Assembly (NCBI GenBank): GCA_043799675.1
Contig: JAZDNN010000024.1
Coordinates: 7,418-71,417 of the forward strand
Length of the DNA stretch: 64,000 nucleotides
Direction: 5' to 3'
Origin: Candidatus Aenigmatarchaeota archaeon
GTDB lineage: Archaea; Aenigmatarchaeota; Aenigmatarchaeia; Aenigmatarchaeales; JACQIB01
Shown: positions 6,953 through 15,316 of the stretch, piece after piece
Numbering within the stretch: position 1 is the first letter of the stretch
Layout: the number at the start of each line of letters is the position of its first letter
The notes under the pieces: model-generated
What the model was told of the DNA's origin: nothing
The model's database searches: none
The model's input: only the letters and a program-made list of their open reading frames with translations
Translations under genes and position numbers: made by a program

Positions 6953-7326
6953 AACAGGAGAATTATCCATATCGTAAGGGCTATCAGGAAGCCCGAACCG
7001 AACGCTATGCCGAGCGGTATCTCGATGGGGACGCGTCCGCAGACATCATAGAGACAGGACTTCTGATACTTCCACCAGCCCTTCCCTGTCCCCCAAAGCT
7101 CCCATAAAATGTCAACGATGAAGGCGATGACACCGAATTCTACCATCAGCACAGACCTCAGTACCGCAAATGCAAAAGAGAAGAAAATCACGGCGATGAT
7201 CAGTCCCTTCAACAGGAAGGTCTGCTCGCTCTTCAGGAGCAGATATTCCGGTCTTTTCAACGCAAGCCTGTACTCGTGCCTGAGGGCGTCATACTTCCGC
7301 TTCAGCAACCGGTAATCCCGCATCAT
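6949..7326 (-). CDS. membrane protein, tandem paralog A
   Basis: Start taken at MMRDY (7326) to avoid overlap with the upstream paralog. It has an N-terminal Y..L.RKY..L...Y helix, two or three TM segments and a GRVPIEIP motif shared with 7328..7717. Confidence 0.5.
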   Translation of the reverse strand: MMRDYRLLKRKYDALRHEYRLALKRPEYLLLKSEQTFLLKGLIIAVIFFSFAFAVLRSVLMVEFGVIAFIVDILWELWGTGKGWWKYQKSCLYDVCGRVPIEIPLGIAFGSGFLIALTIWIILLF

Positions 7327-7327
7327 A

Positions 7328-7717
7328 TCACAACCCGAACATCCTGACAAGCACGAATGTGGCAAGGGAGGCCCCGGAGAAGAAATAGAAGACCGGTATC
7401 CCTATCGGCACCCTTCCGGCAATCATGTGCACTGAGTTCTCGTAGTTCCAGCGGCCGTTCTTGGTCGCGTACAACTCCATCACGAGCTCGCCGGCGGATA
7501 TCAGCGCACCCATTATGAAAATCACCGGATGATGATACCAGACGATGCCGAACACCGCGATTACCAGGAACGGGATGACCAGGGACCGCTTGCTCACAAG
7601 GGCGACCCTCTTTCTGGTAGGGAGGCGCCTTTCGTACCTTGCCCTCAGGTTCTTGTAGCGGATCTTCAGCTCCGCATATTTGCGCTCGAGCTTCCGGTAT
7701 GCGGCATCCATCTCCAT
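7328..7717 (-). CDS. membrane protein, tandem paralog B
   Basis: 129 aa with the same architecture as 6949..7326 (YRKLERKYAELKIRY..., TM segments, GRVPIGIP). Confidence 0.5.
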   Translation of the reverse strand: MEMDAAYRKLERKYAELKIRYKNLRARYERRLPTRKRVALVSKRSLVIPFLVIAVFGIVWYHHPVIFIMGALISAGELVMELYATKNGRWNYENSVHMIAGRVPIGIPVFYFFSGASLATFVLVRMFGL

Positions 7718-7807
7718 AAGAGACCTGTTTCGGCGGCGGGCTTATAAAAATAGCTGAACGGCCGGAAGGGTTATAAGAGTTCTGGCAGCGTTATTGAAGC
7801 GAAATGT

Positions 7808-9124
7808 ATGGGGTATGACCTGGTCATAGCGGGCTGCGGAACGGCCGGAGCGGCCGCGGCCCTGACTGCGGCAAAAGCGGGGCTGAAAGTCTGCGTCGTA
7901 GAACGGAAGGACAGGGCGGACATAGGAAGGAAGACCTGCGGGGACGCAATCCACGTGGACCACCTCGAATTCGCAAAAAAGCTCGGCGTGCAGTTCGGTG
8001 AGAAGGAGCTCCTTAACAAGATAACCGGAATGTACCTGATTGCGCCGAACAAGAAGGACATGATTTACGTCGAGGACGAGGGATACTGCGTAAACAGGCG
8101 GTTGTTCGGGCAGAAGCTCGTTTCCGAGGTGGAAAAGGAAGCCAAGCTGCTGAAGGTCAGCGCGATGGGACCCATCGTCGACGGGGAGAAGGTCACCGGA
8201 ATAATCACGGACAGGGGAAGGCTTGATGCGACCGTCACCATCGATGCGACCGGAGTGACGGGCATCCTGAGAAAGCAGATACCTTTCCAGACCGATTTCC
8301 CGAAGGAGATGCAGGTCAACGATTTTGCAAAGGCCTACAGGGGCATAGTGCAGATAGAAGGCGAGTTCGATACGCCGCAGGCGATCAAGATAGAATTCAA
8401 CAACGAAGTGGCTCCCGGAGGTTACATCTGGTATTTCCCGAAGGCAAAGAACGTCCTGAACATCGGAATAGGGCTGAAAGGAAATTCTTCCGCACAGGAG
8501 AACTACAACAAGTTCGTGGCAAGCCAGTTCGGAATAATAAAAGTGCTGGACGCGTCCGCATGGGCGCTGCCGATAAGGCGGCCGCTGGACGGGTTCGTGG
8601 CCAACGGTTTCATGATAATAGGGGATACCGCCTCACAGGTCAACCCGCTGGACGGGGCGGGAATAGGCTATTCGATGCGCGGCGGGGCGATGGCGGCCGA
8701 AGCCGCAACAGAAGCGGGAGAGCAACCGACACGGGAGAGGCTGTGGAAATACAACCACCGGTTCCAGACCGAAATAGGGATCAAGCACGTGCAATCGGCG
8801 ATATTCGTGGAAGCGCTTGCTTCTTTGAGCAACGAGGACCTGAACTTCGTTTTCGGTAAGAAACTGATAAACACGGACGACATTAAGCGGTCCTACACCG
8901 GCAGCATGAAGCTCAGCACTGCGCAAAAACTGAAGAAGGTGATGGCCGGGGCGGGAAGGCCGGAAGTGCTGTCCAAGCTCTACAAGGTGGTGAGCCTGGC
9001 CAACGAGGCCAAAGAACACTACAAACGGTATCCTGAAACGCCTGCAGACCTGCCGATGTGGGCCGCACTCTCCAAACGAATATTCGAAAGGTCGGCACAG
9101 GCGTTCCCGGCTTTCGGCACGTGA
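7808..9124 (+). CDS. geranylgeranyl reductase family flavoprotein (digeranylgeranylglycerophospholipid reductase-like)
   Basis: 438 aa. FAD-binding motif YDLVIAGCGTAGAAAALTAAKAGLKVCVVER, followed by K.CGDAI and GD(T)A motifs typical of archaeal GGR. Confidence 0.85.
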   Translation: MGYDLVIAGCGTAGAAAALTAAKAGLKVCVVERKDRADIGRKTCGDAIHVDHLEFAKKLGVQFGEKELLNKITGMYLIAPNKKDMIYVEDEGYCVNRRLFGQKLVSEVEKEAKLLKVSAMGPIVDGEKVTGIITDRGRLDATVTIDATGVTGILRKQIPFQTDFPKEMQVNDFAKAYRGIVQIEGEFDTPQAIKIEFNNEVAPGGYIWYFPKAKNVLNIGIGLKGNSSAQENYNKFVASQFGIIKVLDASAWALPIRRPLDGFVANGFMIIGDTASQVNPLDGAGIGYSMRGGAMAAEAATEAGEQPTRERLWKYNHRFQTEIGIKHVQSAIFVEALASLSNEDLNFVFGKKLINTDDIKRSYTGSMKLSTAQKLKKVMAGAGRPEVLSKLYKVVSLANEAKEHYKRYPETPADLPMWAALSKRIFERSAQAFPAFGT

Positions 9125-9128
9125 TGAG

Positions 9129-10193
9129 ATGGAAAACGAACGGATGTGGTCGCTGGACACCTCGACCAAGGTAAAGGGCCTGACCTGGTGGTGGTGGTGG
9201 TGGCTTTTCTTCATCGACAACCCTTCGAACCCAGCAAGGCCGAGGCAGTTGATGATACTGTGGTCGACCAAGAACTGCAAGAAAGTAAGGATTGACGATT
9301 ATGATTGGAAACGGAAGCATGATGCGCAGAAAGAAGGCAATAACCTGAAGTTCAACGGGATGGCCGCGGCCTGGTACTTCGATGGGAAGCAGATGCACGA
9401 CCCCCTGCTGCTGGACGAGCACGAGCTAAAGGCAGAATGGTCTGACAATGCCGGAAAACTACATACTGATGGGGCAACAAGGCTGTTCGAGGGCAATGAC
9501 AAGGAATACAAGGTCAAGATAGAGCACAACGGACAGAACTTCGACTTCAAGCTGTTGCCGTGGACAAATTTCCAGTCGGAGCCGCATTATTCCGGGCGGA
9601 AATATGTAGGCAAGCTGGGCTACGACATCCTGAAAGTCCGCGGAGTAAAACTTGATGGAAAGATAAACGGAGAGCATGTGACAGGCACTGCATACTTCCA
9701 GAAGGTGATGGTGAACGCCCCTGCGGTGCCGTGGTACTGGGGCATGTTCCATTTCGAGGACGGCTCCTACTTCGATTATTTCATGCCACACGTGGGACTG
9801 CAGTGCCTCAGGAGGTCTGATAAACCGAAGAGCGCGTGGGACCGCGGGCATGTGTTCATGGCACGGAATGCACAATTTTTCCATGAGCCGACCGGGAAGC
9901 ATTACACGTTCAAGAAAGCGGGAATCAAAAAACTGGTCGAGAACGGCCTGCCGATATTCCAGCTGACTGCCAAAGAGAACGGAGTCAGCATCAAGGCAAA
10001 CATGGCGGCATACAGCCGCGCATGCTGGAGGTTCGAGCAGAAAGCCTTGGGGCTCAAGACGAAGCTGTTCTACAACGAATATCCCACGGAGATGCTGGAA
10101 TTCGAGCTGAAGGATAAGGAAAGGACAATTACCAAGAAAGAACTTGGTCAGAGCAAAGGCAACACGGAGCATGCATGGGGGACGCTGGCGTAA
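9129..10193 (+). CDS. hypothetical Trp-rich protein (possible CrtC/AttH/tocopherol-cyclase-like lipid-modifying enzyme)
   Basis: 354 aa. Begins 5 nt after the GGR stop. It contains a WWWWWW run (TGG x6 at 9187-9204) and PAVPWYWGMFHFEDGSYFDYF. The family assignment is only a resemblance. Confidence 0.5.
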   Translation: MENERMWSLDTSTKVKGLTWWWWWWLFFIDNPSNPARPRQLMILWSTKNCKKVRIDDYDWKRKHDAQKEGNNLKFNGMAAAWYFDGKQMHDPLLLDEHELKAEWSDNAGKLHTDGATRLFEGNDKEYKVKIEHNGQNFDFKLLPWTNFQSEPHYSGRKYVGKLGYDILKVRGVKLDGKINGEHVTGTAYFQKVMVNAPAVPWYWGMFHFEDGSYFDYFMPHVGLQCLRRSDKPKSAWDRGHVFMARNAQFFHEPTGKHYTFKKAGIKKLVENGLPIFQLTAKENGVSIKANMAAYSRACWRFEQKALGLKTKLFYNEYPTEMLEFELKDKERTITKKELGQSKGNTEHAWGTLA

Positions 10194-10232
10194 GTCATAG
10201 AGCATAAATACTCTTCGGCAGCTAATCTTTCC

Positions 10233-10889
10233 ATGATAAAATTCATCATCAACGGCGACGACTTCTGTGCAAGCAAGGTGTTCAACGGGAAAATACTGAA
10301 TCTCCTCGAAAAGGGCTACATCAAATCGACCACCGTCATGGTCAACAGGGTCACCGAGGAACAGGAAGGGCAGATAAGGCAGCTATCCAGGCTATACAAT
10401 GAAAGAATAGTAGGTGTCGGACTTCACCTTGAGTACGACGAAAAACTACCGGTCCGCAAAGCCGTCGAATCGCAATACGGGAGATTCGTCAGAATTTTCG
10501 ACTGCCCGCCTAGCCACATCGATTTTCATAAGGGAAGGGGCATGCCGGAGGCCCAATTCATTAAGATGTTCACGGCCGGCGACAAGTTCGCAAAGGAGCA
10601 CGGCCTTCCCGCAAGGAATCGCGGGACGGCAATGACGGCAAGACACACCGCCTATCCGGCATTCATGTGCAAGGACATAACCCTGGATTTCGAGGAAGTG
10701 ACGGGATTTCTCCTTGGCGTGAAGGACGGCAGCAGCTGTGAGCTGATAACCCATCCGGGCGAATATGACCCCTTCAGCAAATCCAGCCGGAACAGGGAAA
10801 GGAAAGTGGACTATGACGTCATAGTCAGGCTGCAGGACTTCCTCAAGACGCACCCGAATTTCAGGAACATCAGCTATCTTGAGCTGTAG
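10233..10889 (+). CDS. YdjC/ChbG-like carbohydrate deacetylase family protein
   Basis: 218 aa. N-terminal INGDDFCASKVFN..I..L...G.I.STTVMVN matches the YdjC signature (NADDFG.S..vN.gI...G.vtstslMv). Confidence 0.7.
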   Translation: MIKFIINGDDFCASKVFNGKILNLLEKGYIKSTTVMVNRVTEEQEGQIRQLSRLYNERIVGVGLHLEYDEKLPVRKAVESQYGRFVRIFDCPPSHIDFHKGRGMPEAQFIKMFTAGDKFAKEHGLPARNRGTAMTARHTAYPAFMCKDITLDFEEVTGFLLGVKDGSSCELITHPGEYDPFSKSSRNRERKVDYDVIVRLQDFLKTHPNFRNISYLEL

Positions 10890-10898
10890 AGAATTAGA

Positions 10899-11151
10899 TG
10901 GTGTCGGGGATGGGGTTTCCAGTGAACTTCGTTCACAGTCAAGCGAACGGAGTTCCGCTTTGAACCCACGACCTCGCGATCTCTCACAGACTCATAGCTC
11001 CGCCGCAAGCGGCAAATTGCTTTTGCCACCTTCGGTGGTTAAGCGAGTCTCAAATCTCATAATCTTGTTATGAGTCGCGCGCTTTTGGTTATCGAATCTA
11101 CCAGGCTTTGCCGGCTGCATGACGCATCATGCGACCATGAGCCACCCCGAC
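10899..11151 (-). tRNA. tRNA(CAU) (elongator Met or Ile2) with four BHB introns
   Basis: 253 nt, with a mature length of 79 nt including CCA.
- Acceptor: GTCGGGG/CCCCGAC.
- D arm: GCTC-AAAGCCTGGTA-GAGC.
- Anticodon stem: CGCGA/TCGCG, loop CUCAUAA.
- T arm: GTGGG-TTCAAAC-CCCAT.
- Intron 1: 11110..11138, 29 nt, D loop after nt 13, central helix UGGC/GCCG.
- Intron 2: 11084..11097, 14 nt, D stem about 22/23, central helix UGGU/ACCA.
- Intron 3: 10981..11068, 88 nt, position 37/38, central helix CUCA/UGAG.
- Intron 4: 10916..10958, 43 nt, T loop 59/60, central helix UUCA/UGGA. Confidence 0.75.
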
Positions 11152-11182
11152 TGTTCTGATTGAATGCAAGAATTCAAATAGG

Positions 11183-11623
11183 TTAGCCAAAGCTCTCGAG
11201 GGGCGGCATTACCCGGGTGTTTCCGTCCCACAGGCCGAAATAGTTCCGGAAGAGCGGGTCATGAACCTTTGGCCTCAGTTTTCCATAATTGGTATGTCTG
11301 AATATCTTTTCGATTGCAGCAGCCTTCGCCGCCCTTTCTTTTATTTTATCCCTGCTGACGTCGAACCCGCAGACGAAGCATTTCAGGTAATAATCCGTCC
11401 CGATGGAATCCTTCCCGGTGAACACCTTCACCATGCCCAGCGGGAATTCCGACGACGGGATGCCCTCGTCCGGCCACCCGTTGGAAGGCTCCGCTTCCAG
11501 CTCGGCGGAAATCGCGTTCTTGACCATGTCGTAAACGATGCCGTTCTTTTCGTGCTTCTTGCCAACGGGCGTCAACGAGCCGCATCTCATGCAGGGGTCC
11601 TTGGTCAGCCAGTACATCAACAT
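11183..11623 (-). CDS. hypothetical zinc-ribbon protein (146 aa)
   Basis: Inner ATG at 11623, because the track ORF start at 11791 runs through tRNA-Lys. It has CMRCG...(N)...CFVCG cysteine pairs. No family recognised. Confidence 0.5.
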   Translation of the reverse strand: MLMYWLTKDPCMRCGSLTPVGKKHEKNGIVYDMVKNAISAELEAEPSNGWPDEGIPSSEFPLGMVKVFTGKDSIGTDYYLKCFVCGFDVSRDKIKERAAKAAAIEKIFRHTNYGKLRPKVHDPLFRNYFGLWDGNTRVMPPLESFG

Positions 11624-11653
11624 CGTTGTGTGAGAAAGGGATAAATCGACGAG

Positions 11654-11850
11654 TGGTGGGCCCAACGGGACTCTCGTAGCACTGCCGCGCTGGCGGCAAA
11701 AGCGCTTTTGGCGCTTCGCGCTCATTCGAACCCGCGACCTACCGGTTTCTCCAGTCACCGAACCAAAATGATGGTTCTCTTTTGGCTCCATTAAGAGCCG
11801 GTCGCTGATGGCTTGGTTTTAACCAATCTACCAGACTGAGCTATGAGCCC
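11654..11850 (-). tRNA. tRNA-Lys(CUU) with three BHB introns
   Basis: 197 nt.
- Acceptor: GGGCTCA/TGGGCCC.
- D arm: GCTC-AGTCTGGTA-GAGC.
- Anticodon stem: ACCGG/CCGGT, loop CUCUUAA.
- T arm: GCGGG-TTCGAAT-CCCGT.
- Intron 1: 11807..11827, 21 nt, D stem about 22/23, central helix UGGU/GCCA, inner hairpin UUGGUU/AACCAA.
- Intron 2: 11747..11791, 45 nt, position 37/38, central helix CUCU/GGAG.
- Intron 3: 11671..11724, 54 nt, position 59/60, central helix UUCG/CGAG.
- CCA is encoded. Confidence 0.85.
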
Positions 11851-11884
11851 GAACTATTCAGAAGTCGCGGAGTATTAAAAGCCT

Positions 11885-12172
11885 CTACTTCTTTTTCTTT
11901 TCTTCAGCCTTCTTTGCCAAGCTGTCCGCAACTTTCGGTTCCTTGTAATCGCAGTCCTTGCATAACTTAAGCAGTTGCGGCTCTTCGGGCCCGGTTCTGA
12001 CCCCTTCGTACCATCCCTCCAGCGCGCCCATGACTTCGGCGGTCGCCTGATCCCTGGCGATGATGGCCAGATATTTTATGTCCATAGCACCGAGACACAC
12101 GCCAGATGTATCTTTGTCATATGCATGGCACAGCCTGCAGAATTTTTCCGCCCTCGCAAGTGAACATGGCAT
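11885..12172 (-). CDS. hypothetical Cys-rich protein (95 aa)
   Basis: Inner ATG at 12172, because the upstream part of the track ORF overlaps rpl37e. It has a K-rich C-terminal tail. No family recognised. Confidence 0.35.
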   Translation of the reverse strand: MPCSLARAEKFCRLCHAYDKDTSGVCLGAMDIKYLAIIARDQATAEVMGALEGWYEGVRTGPEEPQLLKLCKDCDYKEPKVADSLAKKAEEKKKK

Positions 12173-12204
12173 GAGAGCAATACAGGAGAAAAGGATAAAT
12201 AGAA

Positions 12205-12390
12205 CTATCTGGTGCGTTGCCTGCTGACCGTGCCCTTCCACTGCCACTTGAATGAGCGGGTCCTGGCCGCGGGGAAGCCGCAGGAGGCGCAAGTCTTCTT
12301 ATTGATATGGTAGGCGTTCCTGCCGCAGCGACGGCAGCGTATGTGGGATACTTTGTTGTGTTTGCCGAAACTGGGGGTTCCTTTTGACAT
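12205..12390 (-). CDS. rpl37e: ribosomal protein L37e
   Basis: 61 aa: [39 protein letters not shown], which is the C4 zinc-ribbon L37e signature. Confidence 0.9.
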   Translation of the reverse strand: MSKGTPSFGKHNKVSHIRCRRCGRNAYHINKKTCASCGFPAARTRSFKWQWKGTVSRQRTR

Positions 12391-12466
12391 CTATATCACA
12401 TCACAGCATGCCAGCGAAGCTGGGCAAAACTGTTAACCAGAGCATGCTTGGCGGACTATTTGAACC

Positions 12467-12688
12467 TTACTCTGCGGGGCTTGCGTAGATTATCGTGTCG
12501 CCCCTGACCAGCGTCGCGCCGAGCTTCACGGTCTTGTCATCCTTCCTGTCCTCGGCGTCGTCCAGCCAGATATTCAGGTGCAGATCAAATGCTTGAAGCA
12601 CACCGTTTATCTCCGAGCCGTTCTTCAGCTTCAGGATTACCCGTTTGCCCTTCGCGCGGTCCAAAACATCCAAAGGCCGCGAATTCAT
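12467..12688 (-). CDS. Sm-like archaeal protein (SmAP/LSm)
   Basis: 73 aa with Sm1/Sm2 motifs (VILKLKNGSEINGVLQAFDLHLNIWL...LVRGDTIIY). It forms the conserved Sm-rpl37e pair. Confidence 0.9.
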   Translation of the reverse strand: MNSRPLDVLDRAKGKRVILKLKNGSEINGVLQAFDLHLNIWLDDAEDRKDDKTVKLGATLVRGDTIIYASPAE

Positions 12689-12725
12689 ATCAATCGATTG
12701 CTATAGAACTGGGTTGGATATAAAG

Positions 12726-13046
12726 ATGCCGCCAAGGCAAAGCATTCTTAAGGTTTTGTTTCCTATGCCTATCATGGACAGATGCAGAGGCTGCGGCGAC
12801 ATGGGCCGCTTTTACAATGACCCTATCGGCGAATTGGAAAATCCGTCCCAGCCCCCGTCGTTTTATCTCAGGCTGGCGATGGAGCATTTCGACGATATGG
12901 AGCTGAGGCATATCAATTTCTTCATTGCCAAAATGGCCGTCAAAAAGCATTTTCCCAAAGACTATCCCAGCGTTCAACCTCTGAAGAGCGAACGTTTGTC
13001 AATGGAACAACTGGACCGATTGATCAAGAAATATCCTTCTTCCTAG
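12726..13046 (+). CDS. hypothetical protein (106 aa)
   Basis: First ATG after the overlap with the Sm gene. The start is uncertain and no family is recognised. Confidence 0.3.
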   Translation: MPPRQSILKVLFPMPIMDRCRGCGDMGRFYNDPIGELENPSQPPSFYLRLAMEHFDDMELRHINFFIAKMAVKKHFPKDYPSVQPLKSERLSMEQLDRLIKKYPSS

Positions 13047-13086
13047 ACTCCGATTAGTTTAAAAGGGCTAAAGGGGAACAGCACGC

Positions 13087-13470
13087 ATGCAGAAGCAGTT
13101 CAGGTCGCAGAGAAAGCCCACAGGCGGGCTTTACCACAAGCTGCGCAAGATGAAGAAGAGGGACCTTGGAAGGGACTTCGTGGCTGTGCACATGGCCCCG
13201 GCCAAGACCAAGAAGATCTGGGCTTACGGCGGAAACGTGAAGATGGCCATGCTGTCCGCCGATTATGCGAACGTTCTGGACCCGGCAACGCACACGGTCA
13301 GGAAAGCAAAGATAATCACGGTCAAGGAGAATCCGGCGAACCCGCACTTCGTCCGAATGAACGTCATCACCAAGGGAGCCGTGATTGACACCGAGGCCGG
13401 GATGGCAAGAGTCACTTCAAGGCCAGGGCAGCACGGGATCGTCAACGCCGTTTTAATTAAGAAGGCTTAA
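13087..13470 (+). CDS. rps8e: ribosomal protein S8e
   Basis: 127 aa, with RKPTGG...K.RKK...LGR and NPANPHFVRMNVITKGAVI typical of S8e. Confidence 0.9.
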   Translation: MQKQFRSQRKPTGGLYHKLRKMKKRDLGRDFVAVHMAPAKTKKIWAYGGNVKMAMLSADYANVLDPATHTVRKAKIITVKENPANPHFVRMNVITKGAVIDTEAGMARVTSRPGQHGIVNAVLIKKA

Positions 13471-13547
13471 TTAGTCGGCCGGGCCGACACGTCGGATATT
13501 AAATGTATGCCAGACACTACGAATCGTTAAATTTATAGCCGACATAT

Positions 13548-14774
13548 ATGTACAGTATGAAAAACCCGAATTTGGTTGAGGCGGCCACCAAACCCGATAT
13601 AAGGTTCAACCCGAAGCGCTACACGTATAGTGTAGACCATCATTACTTCAAGATGTGGACGCCTCAAATGGCGTATATTTTAGGGTTCGTGTTTGCGGAC
13701 GGCGGAATAGAAAGGAACAATACGACCCTTGCCTTTGAGTTGCAGATGCGGGATAAAGAGATTTTACGAAAAATAAGAGCGGCTCTAAAATCTACCCATC
13801 CGATTTCAGCGACCAAAGCAGGCGAGTATGTACGATTACGGATCAATAGCCGTCAAATAGTTGACGATTTGAAGAAGCTTGGAGTAACGCATAATAAAAG
13901 CAAAGATTGCACATGTCCAGATATCCCTCAGCGGCTGTTGCCGCACTTCGTGAGAGGGTTCGTGGACGGTGATGGCTGGATTATTCAAAGAACCGGCAAT
14001 AACAGACATGAAATAAGCGCGGGTTTCTGCCATGGTTCTAAGGGGTTCCTTAGATCGCTGGTAAATCAGATTCGAGCGGCGCTTGATATCAAGGCATTTA
14101 ATCTACGGGCTAAGTATAAGGCAACTAGCAGCGGCAAGAGGTCGTGCACATATAGCATAGAATGGTATTCACACAACGCGTCGAAATTTTTAGATTGGAC
14201 ATACAAAGACGCAGACATCTTCTTGAAAAGAAAATACCAAAGCTATCTGAGAAGCAAACGGCTTTTTGAGGAGTTTTCTTCAAAAACGCGGCTTTGGAGA
14301 AAGGTCGAAACCAAACACAGAATGCCGCTAAGAGCCATCCTCGACGGCATGTTGGCCCGGGGTTCGAGCACCTGTCAGATTTCGGGGAATGTCGGAGTTT
14401 CATCGGCTACGATTTACAGGTGGTTAGACAAAACTGACATAAGGAAACCGGTGAAGAGGGTGTCCAAAGCGCCTGTTCTCATGAAGTGCCAGACCTGCGG
14501 TGACATTTTCAGAAAGTTTAAAGAAAACGCCAGCTATTGCTCACTTTCCTGTGCGGCGAAACATATGGCAGTTTCTAGATTGTCTGGGAACAACGTCACG
14601 TGCGCTGCATGCGGTAAACGTGTTTATAGGCCGAACTGGTGGTTTGCGATAAACAGTCGCGCCTTCTGTTCCAATAGTTGTCACGGGAAATGGCAAGAGA
14701 CCCGTTTGGCGACCAATTCGCTGCAACGCTGCAGGACCGATGGCCGCTTCCTTCCTGCTTCAGGGAGGCTATAG
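13548..14774 (+). CDS. free-standing double-motif LAGLIDADG endonuclease-like protein with C-terminal HTH and zinc ribbons
   Basis: 408 aa.
- Two LAGLIDADG motifs (YILGFVFADGG and FVRGFVDGDGW).
- An HTH (QISGNVGVSSATIYRWLDK).
- Two Cys clusters (CQTCG...CSLSC and CAACG...CSNSCHGKW). Confidence 0.7.
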   Translation: MYSMKNPNLVEAATKPDIRFNPKRYTYSVDHHYFKMWTPQMAYILGFVFADGGIERNNTTLAFELQMRDKEILRKIRAALKSTHPISATKAGEYVRLRINSRQIVDDLKKLGVTHNKSKDCTCPDIPQRLLPHFVRGFVDGDGWIIQRTGNNRHEISAGFCHGSKGFLRSLVNQIRAALDIKAFNLRAKYKATSSGKRSCTYSIEWYSHNASKFLDWTYKDADIFLKRKYQSYLRSKRLFEEFSSKTRLWRKVETKHRMPLRAILDGMLARGSSTCQISGNVGVSSATIYRWLDKTDIRKPVKRVSKAPVLMKCQTCGDIFRKFKENASYCSLSCAAKHMAVSRLSGNNVTCAACGKRVYRPNWWFAINSRAFCSNSCHGKWQETRLATNSLQRCRTDGRFLPASGRL

Positions 14775-14776
14775 AA

Positions 14777-15316
14777 ATGAGCAGTTTTTCACTCAAACGA
14801 ATCACGGATTCGGTCATAAGATTCGGTGAAATACACAACAAGAAGGTCATACCCGGCGAGGGCCCCTCTAACGCAAAATTGGTAATGGTCGGTGAAGCCG
14901 GCGGAAGGGAGGAAGAGAAATTGGGTCGGCCATTTGTTGGCAGAGCTGGGCGCTTTCTAAACAAAAGCCTCTCCGAGGTCGGTATCGACAGAAACAAGAT
15001 TTACATAACCAATGTGGTTAAGATGCGCTGGCAGGGTCGGCCACCTCCATCTGCTATCGAGGAGTGGCTACCGCTGCTTAAGGAAGAACTGGAGGCGGTA
15101 AAACCGCGGATAGTGGTATTACTAGGCGACGTCGCCGTCAAGGCAGTGCTGGACAAGAGCTACACTATAGGCAACAATCATGGCCAGTTGATACGGAAGG
15201 ATGGTCAGGGCTTTCTGGTGATGCCGCATCCGAGCGCGGCGATGAGGTTCAACAGGATGCGGCTGATGTTCAAGTCGGACATGGACGGACTCAGGCAGTT
15301 GCTGGGTGAAAAATAA
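14777..15316 (+). CDS. udg: uracil-DNA glycosylase, family 4/5 type
   Basis: ATG at 14777, just after the upstream stop. It has GEGPSNAKLVMVGEAGG(R)EE, GRPFVGRAG..L, and the HPSAAMR C-terminal motif. Confidence 0.8.
   Translation: MSSFSLKRITDSVIRFGEIHNKKVIPGEGPSNAKLVMVGEAGGREEEKLGRPFVGRAGRFLNKSLSEVGIDRNKIYITNVVKMRWQGRPPPSAIEEWLPLLKEELEAVKPRIVVLLGDVAVKAVLDKSYTIGNNHGQLIRKDGQGFLVMPHPSAAMRFNRMRLMFKSDMDGLRQLLGEK

Noticed and set aside
10879-11073. 64-aa plus-strand ORF
   Set aside because: It lies entirely antisense within the tRNA(CAU) gene and its introns.
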